Assembly (NCBI GenBank): GCA_029975745.1
Contig: JARKOL010000155.1
Coordinates: 1 to 60,142, forward strand
DNA from: Myxococcota bacterium
GTDB taxonomy: Bacteria > Myxococcota_A > UBA9042 > DTJE01
Length of the DNA: 60,142 bases
Reading direction: 5' to 3'
The notes under the pieces are model-generated. The model saw only the letters and a list, made by a program, of their open reading frames with translations, was not told where the DNA came from and did no database searches. Every line of letters begins with the position of its first letter. Position 1 is the stretch's first letter. The position numbers and the translations under genes are program-made. This document shows, piece by piece, positions 26,670-35,972 of this stretch.

Positions 26670-26812
26670 CTGAACGTCGTCGCGAGCCGCGAGGGCCTGG
26701 TCGCAACCGTCCTGATGGACACCTGAACCGGGGGACTCCATGGCCGAACCCAACCGAACCCTGCGCTGGGAACGGCGCGACGAATCGCGCGTCGTGATCC
26801 CCCGGCACGGCG
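26670..26812 (+). repeat. Right copy of the 143-bp direct repeat (archease 3' fragment + intact rtcB 5' end)
   Basis: See the left copy. It encodes ...LNVVASREGLVATVLMDT-stop, followed by the functional rtcB start. Confidence 0.9.
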
Positions 26813-28197
26813 CGATGCGTGTCGATGGACTCGTCTATGCCACCGAGTCGCTGATGGCCCAAGGCGTGGATGCCGCGGCGCTGGGCCAGGTCGTCGCGGT
26901 CGCGACCCTGCCGGGAATCGTGACCCACTCGCTGGCGATGCCCGACATCCATTGGGGGTACGGGTTCCCGATCGGAGGCGTCGCGGCGTTCGACATGGAC
27001 GAGGGCATCGTGTCGCCCGGCGGCGTCGGATTCGACATCAACTGCGGGGTCCGCATGCTGCGGTCGAACCTGACGCTGGAGGATGTCTCGAACCGCCTGG
27101 ACGACCTGCTGGCCGCCCTGTTCGCCGCCGTCCCGGCCGGCCTGGGGTCGCACCAGCGCGACATCCGGCTGGACCGCGACCGGATGCGGGCCGTGGCCCG
27201 CGAGGGTGCCGGCTGGGCCGTCCGCCAGGGCTTCGGGTCGCCGTCGGACCTGGACGTCCAGGAGGACCGCGGCCGCATCGCCGACGCGGACTTCGACGCG
27301 GTGTCGGACAAGGCGATCGAGCGGGGGCGCGACCAGTTGGGAACCCTGGGTTCCGGCAATCACTTCGTCGAGGTCGGCGTGGTGGACCGCATTGACGAGC
27401 CGGCGGCTGCCGCCGCGTTCGGACTGTTCGAGGGCGGCATCGTCGTGACCCTGCACACCGGCTCCCGAGGTTTCGGCCACCAGGTATGCACCGACTTCCT
27501 GCCGTGGATGGATCGGGCGGCCCGTCAGGCGGGGATCACGCTGCCGGACCGCCAGCTGGCCTGCGCCCCCCTGCGCTCCGGCGAGGGTCGCGCCTACCTG
27601 GCCGCGATGGCCTGCGCGGCGAACTTCGCGTTCGCCAACCGCCAGGTGCTGTCGCACCGGGTGCGCCAGGCCTTCGAGGCCGCACTGCGCGAGTCCCCCG
27701 GGCACCTGGGCATGGCCGTCGTCTATGATGTCGCCCACAACATCGCCAAGGTCGAGACCCACACGGTGGACGGGCGGTCGCGACGCGTCTGCGTCCATCG
27801 CAAGGGGGCGACGCGGGCCCTGGCCGCGGGCCACCCGGACCTGCCCGCACCCTACCGCGCCGTCGGCCAACCGGTCCTGGTGCCGGGCGACATGGGACGA
27901 CCGTCCTTCGTTCTGGTCGGCATGCCGGGCGCCGCGCGGGACACGTTCGCCAGCGCCTGCCATGGCGCGGGTCGCATGCTGTCCCGGTCGGCCGCCATCC
28001 GTTCGGCGCGAGGACGCGACATCCGGGACGAACTGGCGCGCAGGGGCGTTCGCGTCCGCGCAGCGGGACACGAGACGCTGGCCGAGGAGATGCCGGATGC
28101 CTACAAGGACGCCGGCGAGGTGGTCGATGTGATGCACCGGGCCGGCGTCGCGGCCCGGGTCGCCCGGATCCGCCCGCTGGCGGTCGTCAAGGGGTAG
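26740..28197 (+). CDS. rtcB: RNA-splicing ligase RtcB
   Basis: 485 aa with the blocks GYGFPIGGVAAFD, GGVGFDINCGVR, GSGNHFVE, HTGSRGFGHQV, HRKGATRA and CHGAGR. Confidence 0.95.
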   Translation: MAEPNRTLRWERRDESRVVIPRHGAMRVDGLVYATESLMAQGVDAAALGQVVAVATLPGIVTHSLAMPDIHWGYGFPIGGVAAFDMDEGIVSPGGVGFDINCGVRMLRSNLTLEDVSNRLDDLLAALFAAVPAGLGSHQRDIRLDRDRMRAVAREGAGWAVRQGFGSPSDLDVQEDRGRIADADFDAVSDKAIERGRDQLGTLGSGNHFVEVGVVDRIDEPAAAAAFGLFEGGIVVTLHTGSRGFGHQVCTDFLPWMDRAARQAGITLPDRQLACAPLRSGEGRAYLAAMACAANFAFANRQVLSHRVRQAFEAALRESPGHLGMAVVYDVAHNIAKVETHTVDGRSRRVCVHRKGATRALAAGHPDLPAPYRAVGQPVLVPGDMGRPSFVLVGMPGAARDTFASACHGAGRMLSRSAAIRSARGRDIRDELARRGVRVRAAGHETLAEEMPDAYKDAGEVVDVMHRAGVAARVARIRPLAVVKG

Positions 28198-28291
28198 TTC
28201 ACCGACCCGAGGGGACACCCCAAAACGTCGCCCCTTGCCGACCCGCCCCCCCGGAGGTATCCTGCCGAAAGTCCTGAATCGGAGCCCCGTC

Positions 28292-28912
28292 ATGCTTCGA
28301 ACGATGCGATGGCCCGTGCGCGTTTCGCGGCTCTTGACCGGGTCCGCCCTGCTGGCGCTGGTATTGCTGGCCGCCTCGCCGGCCTGGGCGCTGGATGTGG
28401 CCGGAGTCACCTATCCGGACACGGTCGATGTGGGCGGCCGCACGCTGCACCTGCTCGGCGCCGGCAAGCGCGAGGCGACCGTGTTCAAGGTGGATGTCTA
28501 TGTCGGGGCGGTTTTCGCGGAACACCGCTCGTGCGACATGGGCTCCCTTGTCCGGAGGGACCAGGCGCGCCTGTTCTACATGGACTTCCTGCGCAACGTC
28601 CCCGCGGACAAGCTGATGGAGAACATGGTCGAGAACTTCCGCAACCACACGCCGGCCGACGCCTCCCCCGATCTGCGCCAGCGAATCGACGGATTCATCC
28701 GACTGTTCAAGCGCTCGGCCAAGAAGGGCAGCCGGGTCGAGATCCGCTACGTCCCGGGCCAGGGAACCACGGTGTCGTCTGGGACCGAGGTGCTGGGGCC
28801 GCCGGTGCCGGGTTCGGACTTCGCCGCGGTGGTCTGGCACATCTGGTTCGGCGACAACACCTGCTGTCCGGACCTGCTGCGGTCCGTGCGCCGCACCTGC
28901 GCTGCAAGATAG
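28292..28912 (+). CDS. Periplasmic chalcone-isomerase-like domain protein
   Basis: ATG at 28292 (GGAG SD) and a signal peptide ending SPAWA. The pattern GRTLHLLGAGKREATVFKVDVYVGAVF is typical of the bacterial chalcone-isomerase-like family. An alternative start lies at 28304. Confidence 0.65.
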   Translation: MLRTMRWPVRVSRLLTGSALLALVLLAASPAWALDVAGVTYPDTVDVGGRTLHLLGAGKREATVFKVDVYVGAVFAEHRSCDMGSLVRRDQARLFYMDFLRNVPADKLMENMVENFRNHTPADASPDLRQRIDGFIRLFKRSAKKGSRVEIRYVPGQGTTVSSGTEVLGPPVPGSDFAAVVWHIWFGDNTCCPDLLRSVRRTCAAR

Positions 28913-28919
28913 GAGGAAC

Positions 28920-30698
28920 GTGAAGGACCATGCTCGCGTGATGCGGACCCTCCGCGCCCTGATCCGAGACCATCGCTACCTGCTGCTGGGCCTGGGCTGG
29001 GCCGCGACCCTGGCGCTGGGCCTCCACGGGTTCCTGACCATGCACCTGACGCCGCTCGAGGGTCAGGAACCGCCCCTGCCCGCGACCTGGTCGAACAGCC
29101 TGTACCGGGCGATCCGGCTGTTCACCATCGACTCGGGCGACGTCGGCGACGCCCTCGCGTTGAACCCGTCGCTCCAGATCAGTCGCTTCGCCGCGATTCT
29201 GGTCAGCCTGTGGACCGCGATGATCGCGGTCGGCCTGCTGTTCCGCGAGCAGGTCGGGCTGGTGCGGCTGTGGCTGTCCCGGAAGCACGACGTGGTGGTC
29301 GGCCTGGGGGACGAGGGCACGGGCCTTGCGCACGACCTGCTGGACCGCGGACACCGCGTGGTGGCCCTGGACGCCGACCCCCACGGCCCGAACGCCCAGG
29401 CCGTCCGGGACCGGGGCGCCATCGTCCTGGCCGGGGGCGCCGGGGCCGGCAATGACCTGGACCGCATCCGGCCGCACCGGGCAAGGCGGGTGTTCGTCCT
29501 GACCGCGGACGACGGGGCCAACATCGAGTTCGCCCTGGAGGCGGCGCGACACCTGGGGCCGGCACCCGACGGCGAGGACGGGCACGACCGCGTGTTCGTC
29601 CAGGTCGCCGATCCCCAGCTTCACGGAGCGCTTTGCACCATCACCGAATCCTGGCCTGCCGACGCGCGACGGTTCCGAATCATCAGTCCGCCGGCGCGCG
29701 TGGCACGACGATTCTTCGACCGCCTGCCGCCCGATGCCGGCCTGGAAGGAGCCCCCGATCCCCGCCAGGTGCGCCTGGTCGTCTTCGGGAAGGGCGCCCT
29801 GGCGTCGGCCGTGGTGCGCCGGGCGGCACAGACGTGCCATTACGCGAATGGCCGCCGGTCCCGCGTGACGCTGTGCGCCCCCGGAGCCGACGAGGCGTTG
29901 GGGAACTTGATCCGCGACCACGCCGGCCTGGACATCCTGCTGGAAGCGGATGCCGTGGACCCGGCTCGAACGCACGACGCGCTGCAGGCCCTGGTCGAGG
30001 ATGCCCTGGGCGACCCGAACGTCCTGGCGACCTTCGTGCTGTGCCTGGAGGATGCCCGGGACGCCGTCGTCTGGGCAACCCGGGTCGCGGCGTGTGTTCG
30101 GGGGCGCCTGCCGCTGGCGGTCCACGTGCCGGAGCCCCGGGGCGCCGGCCGCCTTCTGGGCGCCGGTCCCATTGGCGGGACCCCGCTGCACCCGTTCCCG
30201 GACCCCGACGACACGGACGCATCGAACCCGCTGTGCGATGACGACCTGGATCGACTGGCCCGCGCGATGCACGACCACTACCGACTTCAGAAGCAGCGGT
30301 TCGGCTGGGGCGGCAACCCCCTGGTGGACGTGCCCTGGGAGGATCTGCCCGAGTCGTTCCGGGACGCCAACCGCCAGTCCGCCGACCACATCGCCGTCAA
30401 GCTGCGCGCGGTTGGCGCCCGTGCCGAACCCGGCGACGACACCCCGGATTCCCCCGCGTTCGCGTTCACCCAGGACGAGGTCGAGATCCTGTCCCGGATG
30501 GAGCACGCCCGCTGGTGCGCCGAACGCGTCCTGAAGGGCTGGGTCCTGGGACCCGAGCGCGACGATGCCCGCCGCGTCCACCCATCCCTGATCCCCTGGT
30601 CCGATCTGAGCGAGGTCGAGCGCGACAAGGACCGCAGCACGGTCCGCAACATCCCCGAGTTGATGCGCCTGGCGGGCATGCGAATCGTCCGCGGCTGA
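28920..30698 (+). CDS. Membrane protein with a TrkA-N-like NAD-binding domain and a C-terminal RyR domain
   Basis: GTG start with a GGAGG SD. There are N-terminal TM helices, then a Rossmann block VVVGLGDEGTGLAHDLLDRGHRVVALD. The C-terminus is RyR-like: HDHYRLQKQRFGW...EHARWCAERVLKGW...WSDLSEVERDKDRSTVRNIPELM. Confidence 0.7.
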   Translation: MKDHARVMRTLRALIRDHRYLLLGLGWAATLALGLHGFLTMHLTPLEGQEPPLPATWSNSLYRAIRLFTIDSGDVGDALALNPSLQISRFAAILVSLWTAMIAVGLLFREQVGLVRLWLSRKHDVVVGLGDEGTGLAHDLLDRGHRVVALDADPHGPNAQAVRDRGAIVLAGGAGAGNDLDRIRPHRARRVFVLTADDGANIEFALEAARHLGPAPDGEDGHDRVFVQVADPQLHGALCTITESWPADARRFRIISPPARVARRFFDRLPPDAGLEGAPDPRQVRLVVFGKGALASAVVRRAAQTCHYANGRRSRVTLCAPGADEALGNLIRDHAGLDILLEADAVDPARTHDALQALVEDALGDPNVLATFVLCLEDARDAVVWATRVAACVRGRLPLAVHVPEPRGAGRLLGAGPIGGTPLHPFPDPDDTDASNPLCDDDLDRLARAMHDHYRLQKQRFGWGGNPLVDVPWEDLPESFRDANRQSADHIAVKLRAVGARAEPGDDTPDSPAFAFTQDEVEILSRMEHARWCAERVLKGWVLGPERDDARRVHPSLIPWSDLSEVERDKDRSTVRNIPELMRLAGMRIVRG

Positions 30699-30725
30699 GG
30701 CCGGCGAGCGAATGAACGCGTCGCC

Positions 30726-31856
30726 TCAACGCAGCATCCACGACACCGCGATGCCCAGGTAGTTGCCCACGGCGTAGCCCATCAGGCCGCTGGCGATCCC
30801 GGTCACCAGCACCTGCCGGTTGCCCAGCCGATCGGCCGTGGCCGCGATGAACGGCGGGCTCATGATCGTGGCCACGCTGGTCACGATCGCCGTGTCGCGA
30901 TCCACCCGGAACGCCGCCATCAACGCGAACTGCAGCACCACGGCCAGGACGATGACGGCAAACGTGAACCCGAAGAACCCCGGACTGGCGGCCAGCAACC
31001 GGGAGATGTCGGCCATCGACCCCGCGGCGAAGCAGAACACCAGCAACAGGTACTGGCCGGTGGTGTAGGTGCCCGGCAGCGTCCGGATCCGGCGGGAAAG
31101 CGAGGCGACCACGGCCAGCGTCGTGATCAAGAGGATGGCCGCGACCATCTGGAAGCCGGAGGGCACGACCGCGAACGCCACTCCGCCCACCGCCGCGCAG
31201 GCCAGCGACAACCCAAGCCCCATCAGACGATGCCGGAACCGCGCGGGCCGATCGGCCGCCCATGAGTCGCCGGCGCCGGCACCTTCGTCCGGAGCGCTCG
31301 GCGGCAGGAACCTGCCGATCACCCGGGGCCCCAGGGTCAGCATGAACCCCAGGTAGAACGCGCTGAGGATCAGATCCGACGCGTTGGTATTGACGAAGAC
31401 GTCGGGCGGCGCGCCGAACGCCCCGGCCAGGGCCGCCATGTTCGGCGTCCCCCCGATGTACACGCCGGTCAGCATCCCCGCCAGATCGACCGCGTGGGGC
31501 ACCCTGTCGGCCAGAAGCATGCCGACCGCCAGCGTGGCCACCAGGACCGCGACGCACGCCAGGACGAAGGCCAGCACCGCCGTGCGAGCCAGCCGCGTCC
31601 AGGCAATCACATCCACCGAGAACAGCAGCAGGGGCACCGAAAGCGCCACGGCGGCCCAGGCGACGATCTCGACGGTGGGCAGGTGCGGCGCGGTACCCGG
31701 CAGGTTCGCGTACACCATGCCCCCCAGGTAGCACAGGGTCGCGGGACCGAGCGCCCGCGCCCATCCCCAGCGACGCGCGGCCAGCAGGGCGGCTGCGGGC
31801 ACGGCGAAATCCAGCAGGAGATCGACCATGCAGGTCCAGGCCACGGGGTGCTCCAC
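30726..31856 (-). CDS. Polytopic integral membrane protein (DUF819-like, tentative)
   Basis: 376-aa ORF, hydrophobic throughout with about 10 TM segments. The start is uncertain: GTG at 31856 or ATG at 31829. Confidence 0.55.
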   Translation of the reverse strand: MEHPVAWTCMVDLLLDFAVPAAALLAARRWGWARALGPATLCYLGGMVYANLPGTAPHLPTVEIVAWAAVALSVPLLLFSVDVIAWTRLARTAVLAFVLACVAVLVATLAVGMLLADRVPHAVDLAGMLTGVYIGGTPNMAALAGAFGAPPDVFVNTNASDLILSAFYLGFMLTLGPRVIGRFLPPSAPDEGAGAGDSWAADRPARFRHRLMGLGLSLACAAVGGVAFAVVPSGFQMVAAILLITTLAVVASLSRRIRTLPGTYTTGQYLLLVFCFAAGSMADISRLLAASPGFFGFTFAVIVLAVVLQFALMAAFRVDRDTAIVTSVATIMSPPFIAATADRLGNRQVLVTGIASGLMGYAVGNYLGIAVSWMLR

Positions 31857-32082
31857 GTGCCCATCGGGCGGGGTGGGTGATTGTACCGCGTGATCCGGTT
31901 GTCGCGGCGAACGCGGCGCATTGGCCCCCGGGACCCGCGTCTACGGACACCATCGAGCGAAACTCCTGCTACGATTCCTGAAGGTTGGCTCCAGGAACAC
32001 GCCCCCCACCTCCCAGGCACGCCCCTTGCTTTCCCCTTCCCAGCCGCATCGGAGCGGCGGGAATCACCCAACGGAGGACCCG

Positions 32083-32613
32083 ATGGACTCGACTTTCCGA
32101 TACGCGCTGCTCGCGGCGCTTGTGCTCGCCGGATGCGAGGGTTCCGGGGACGATCGCGCCCCAGGCTGTCCCGACGTCATCGAGGAGGGGACCGCCTGCG
32201 CCGGGGAGGCCACCTGCACCTGGGGCGGCATGGCCTGTCGTTGCGGCACCTGCAACCCCGCGCTCGGTTGCAGCTGCATCGACGGATCCTGGGTTTGCTG
32301 GCACACCGACCCGTTCCCGGAGGAATTGTGCCCTGACGCCGTTCAGCAGGACGTGCGGGAGGCCGAGACCGTCGAGACGTCGCGGGACGCGGTCGCGGAC
32401 AGTGACGCGACGTCGGCGTCCTGCCCGGCCGAGGCGCCCATCGGCACGCAGGAGATTTGCGCCTCGGACACCCGCTGCGAATACGGCATCGAGTGCTGCT
32501 GCGGCAACTGCTACCCGTCCATCGTCTGCCAGTGCGCGGACGACACCTGGGCGTGTCATGCCACGGACGCCTGCATGATTCCCGGCTGCCCGGATGCCGG
32601 CGAAACCCCCTGA
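32083..32613 (+). CDS. Cys-rich lipoprotein with an internal two-fold repeat
   Basis: ATG at 32083 with a GGAGGA SD and lipobox LAGC. It has two similar Cys-rich modules of about 55 aa: CPDVIEEGTACAGEATCTWGGMACRCGTCNPALGCSCIDGSWVCWHTD and CPAEAPIGTQEICASDTRCEYGIECCCGNCYPSIVCQCADDTWACHATD. Confidence 0.65.
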   Translation: MDSTFRYALLAALVLAGCEGSGDDRAPGCPDVIEEGTACAGEATCTWGGMACRCGTCNPALGCSCIDGSWVCWHTDPFPEELCPDAVQQDVREAETVETSRDAVADSDATSASCPAEAPIGTQEICASDTRCEYGIECCCGNCYPSIVCQCADDTWACHATDACMIPGCPDAGETP

Positions 32614-32712
32614 ACCCCTCGCGCCTCCGGCACCGCGGCCTCCCGGTTGACCCCGTGGAATGCCCCCTGATACGATTCGCCGTTCGCGAGAGGCTCTTGG
32701 GGGGAGGGACGC

Positions 32713-34692
32713 GTGCGCGGCCGCTGGGGTCTGACCTTCATCCTGCTTCTTGCGCCCCTCGTCGCGCAGTCCGGGTGCGACGAGGCGACCCAGCCGGCCT
32801 ACGTCCAGGTCGCCACGCTGCGGGGATCCGCGTACGAACGAGGATTCCAGCACGGCGAACGCTTCGCCGGCCGCATCCGATCGCTTTACACCACGCTACT
32901 GACCCAGTCGTTGATGCCCTACCTGAATCGGGAACGACCCGACGTCGCATCGGTGCTGCTTCGATACCAGTCCGCCGCCGAGGGCGTCCCGGACTCCTAC
33001 TTCCAGCAATGGCGCGACGATTGCCTGGCGACCTGCGAGCGGAACTGCACCGAACTGTGCGGCTTTTCCTACCTGCTGATGCGGGACAGCGCCGAACACC
33101 TGAAGCGCTACATCCCCCAACCCTACCTCGACGAGATGCAGGGAATCGCCGACGGCGCCGACCTGCCGTTCGAAAAGATCCTGATCCTGAACACCTTTTT
33201 CGACACCCTGCTGTCGTTCCGGTCGATCACCTACTACATCCGCCAGTCGCAGTCCCCGATACTGGTCGGCGCGGTCTTCCCATCGGCCGCGGCCGACGGC
33301 GTGGACAACGACGGCGACGGGCAGGCCGACGAGCCCGGCGAGGGCGTCTTCCAGCCCTTCGAGCCCAGCCCTTACGCCGCGCTGGTCGAGGTGCCCCCGG
33401 ATGCGCCGATCCACCTGCATCTGCACGACATCAAGCTGGGCATCGGGACCGACAAGGGAGACACCCCCGGCGTGGACCCGGCGACGGTCCGCATCCGCCA
33501 CAACGACGTCCAGTACCAGTATCCAAGGGACGCCGGCATCATCACGATCCTGCCTTCCCCGCAGGACCCGCAATCCCTCGAGGTCTCGTTCCTGCCGCCG
33601 GGAGGTTTCCGCGAGGCCGCCGTCGAGGCCATCGTCGTGCAGGCCGGCGACTTCAACCGGATCGTGAACCCGCCGCCGATGCGCGCCCGCTTCATGCGCG
33701 ACGAGCGCGTCGTGTTCTCGACGCGCGGGTACGGGCAGCCTCGCCAGGCCATCCCCAACCAGGGACTTGCCGATGGACAGACCCAGCCGCCGTCGATCGC
33801 GTTCGCGTCCCGGGGCCCGGCCACCACGAACGGCGAACCCCTGCTGGCGCACCACTTCGCGCTGCTGGACTCGAACACGACCCACAAGCACACCGTGCTG
33901 TTCGTCCACGTGCCGGACCAGGGCATCCCGCACGCGGTGCTGGGGTATTCGGGCCTGGTCTGGGGCATGTCCGGCATGAACGCCGAAGGGCTGGCCTGGA
34001 CGTTCAACACGTCCGACACCCTGGACAACCCGATGGTCGAGGCCTTCATTCGCGAGCTGTTCGACGCGCGCCTGGTGGGGTCGGGCGTCCCGATCGGGAT
34101 CCTGGGGCGCGACCTTCTGGGCCGCCTGGGCACCGTGGCGCAGGCGGTGGACACCCTGCGACGCGTGAAGCCCACGTTCGGCTGGAACGTCCTGGTCGCC
34201 GACGCCTCGGGGGACATGGCCGCCGTGGAGCTGGACGGCAACCTGGAGGAACGTCCGGAGGGCGGCGCATTCGTCATTCGTCCGGAGGACCGGGATGGGG
34301 GCGAGGACGGCCCGTTCCTGGGGGGCCTCGACCAGAACGGGCTGCACATCGCCAGCCACTACCTGAAGAACCTGGACGACCTGACCACGCGCGTGCTGGT
34401 GTTCGACCTGCAGCCCCAGCGCTACTGGTCCAGTTTCTACTATCGCTCGGTGCGCGCGCGGGCGGTCCTGGGCGCGGGCCTGCGAGCACGCCACGGCACC
34501 CTGGACGCCGACACGGCCATCGACCTGCTGCGAACGCCCGAACTGGTCGATCAACGCGACTCGATGATGGCGGCCGTGTTCACCCCCCGTTCGCTGCGGA
34601 TCCGCTACGCCATGGGCCAGGTGCCCGCCACCGACGGCGCATTCCTGGATTTCTCGCTGGCCGACGCGCTGGCCCCCCCGGAGGCGGAATGA
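32713..34692 (+). CDS. Lipoprotein of the C45 / acyl-CoA:6-APA-acyltransferase-like Ntn-hydrolase family (tentative)
   Basis: GTG start with a GGGGAGGGA SD and lipobox AQSGC. It has an N-terminal LRGSAYERGFQHGE block and a central VLGYSGLVWGMSGMNAEGLAW block, as in C45-type enzymes. This rests on motif memory only. Confidence 0.6.
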   Translation: MRGRWGLTFILLLAPLVAQSGCDEATQPAYVQVATLRGSAYERGFQHGERFAGRIRSLYTTLLTQSLMPYLNRERPDVASVLLRYQSAAEGVPDSYFQQWRDDCLATCERNCTELCGFSYLLMRDSAEHLKRYIPQPYLDEMQGIADGADLPFEKILILNTFFDTLLSFRSITYYIRQSQSPILVGAVFPSAAADGVDNDGDGQADEPGEGVFQPFEPSPYAALVEVPPDAPIHLHLHDIKLGIGTDKGDTPGVDPATVRIRHNDVQYQYPRDAGIITILPSPQDPQSLEVSFLPPGGFREAAVEAIVVQAGDFNRIVNPPPMRARFMRDERVVFSTRGYGQPRQAIPNQGLADGQTQPPSIAFASRGPATTNGEPLLAHHFALLDSNTTHKHTVLFVHVPDQGIPHAVLGYSGLVWGMSGMNAEGLAWTFNTSDTLDNPMVEAFIRELFDARLVGSGVPIGILGRDLLGRLGTVAQAVDTLRRVKPTFGWNVLVADASGDMAAVELDGNLEERPEGGAFVIRPEDRDGGEDGPFLGGLDQNGLHIASHYLKNLDDLTTRVLVFDLQPQRYWSSFYYRSVRARAVLGAGLRARHGTLDADTAIDLLRTPELVDQRDSMMAAVFTPRSLRIRYAMGQVPATDGAFLDFSLADALAPPEAE

Positions 34693-35921
34693 CGCGCCAC
34701 CGCACCACCCGCCTGCTGCTGGCCGCTCTGGCCGCGACCACCCTGTCCCTGGGGGCCTCGTCCGCCCATGCCGGATTCGCCGAGAGCCTGCCGAAGGGCA
34801 CGTTCCTGCTGGACCTCCAGTACCACTTCTCGTGGCTGGAAGGCGCGTGGGACAACAAGGGCAGGATGGGGCCGCTGATCCCTGTCATCGAGCGCTACGA
34901 ACCCGGCGGCGGCAAGCAGGGCACGCTGATCCCCGATGCCAGCGTCCGCTACCACATCCTGGCGATCCAGTTGCAGTACGGCATCCTCGACTGGCTGGCC
35001 GTGGGCCTGGGCGTCCCGGTGGTGCTGCGCACCGAGATCACCCCCCGCCTGAAGTGGATCCCCGGGGACTTCCAGCCCCAGATGGGCCGACCCTACAGCG
35101 AATCCGACTTCTGGGAATGGGCCGAAAGCATGGGCCAGCCCAGGCCCGGCAGGTGGGTCGGCAACCGGGGCGTGCTGGGGGATCTGGTTCTGGGAATCCG
35201 CCTGCGCTGGTCCGACTGGATCCCGGCGTTCGAGCAAGCCGGGTTCGCCTCGGCCCTGACGGTGACCGGCGCGCTGCCGACGGGCCGCCCGGCGGACTCC
35301 GAGGAGGTCGTGGCCGCGGGCACCACGATGTGGGACTTGCAGACCCAGGGCAACCTGTCGATCCACCTGGGATTCGACAAGCGATTCCGGACCGAACTCG
35401 ACGACCGGCTGACGCTGGGCGTCGAGGTGTTCTACGACTGGTTCGCGCCCCGCCGCTTCGACGCGCCGTCCGGCGAGCGCAACCCGCTGTTGATGAACTT
35501 CGAACCCTTCATCGGCACGTCGTACGTGATCGACCCGGGCGACTTCGTCGGCGCCTCGTTCCAGGCCGACGTGGTGGCGGCCAAGGGACCGGCCCGCGCG
35601 GCCTGGATCAGCGGCTTCGACCCGGCCCGTGCCCACGCATTCCCCCCGCTGCTGACCCTGTCGGTGCGCTACACCTTCATCCATTCGTGCCAGACCGACT
35701 ACCGTTCGCAGTCCGACCTGTGGGACTACACGCAGGAGGACCGCTGGCGCCCGGGCTATCGCAACATCCTGACGTTCACGGCGCTGTTCAGCTTCCTGAG
35801 GCTGGGTGCGCCGCTCCAGATCTACGCGACGTATCGCACGTTGAGCCTGATTCCGGGCCGCAACGCCCGGGCGGCCGACGTGTTCACGGCGGGAATGCGG
35901 GTTCCCGCCAAGTTCTGGTAG
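34689..35921 (+). CDS. Outer-membrane beta-barrel protein
   Basis: The ATG overlaps the upstream stop (ATGA). The signal peptide ends SSAHA. The body has an alternating amphipathic beta-strand pattern, and the C-terminus is ...RVPAKFW with a terminal aromatic residue. Confidence 0.7.
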   Translation: MTRHRTTRLLLAALAATTLSLGASSAHAGFAESLPKGTFLLDLQYHFSWLEGAWDNKGRMGPLIPVIERYEPGGGKQGTLIPDASVRYHILAIQLQYGILDWLAVGLGVPVVLRTEITPRLKWIPGDFQPQMGRPYSESDFWEWAESMGQPRPGRWVGNRGVLGDLVLGIRLRWSDWIPAFEQAGFASALTVTGALPTGRPADSEEVVAAGTTMWDLQTQGNLSIHLGFDKRFRTELDDRLTLGVEVFYDWFAPRRFDAPSGERNPLLMNFEPFIGTSYVIDPGDFVGASFQADVVAAKGPARAAWISGFDPARAHAFPPLLTLSVRYTFIHSCQTDYRSQSDLWDYTQEDRWRPGYRNILTFTALFSFLRLGAPLQIYATYRTLSLIPGRNARAADVFTAGMRVPAKFW

Positions 35922-35972
35922 GGCGTTCGACCGGCGCGCCCTGGCGGGGCGGGGGAAACGGGGGAAGAACCG

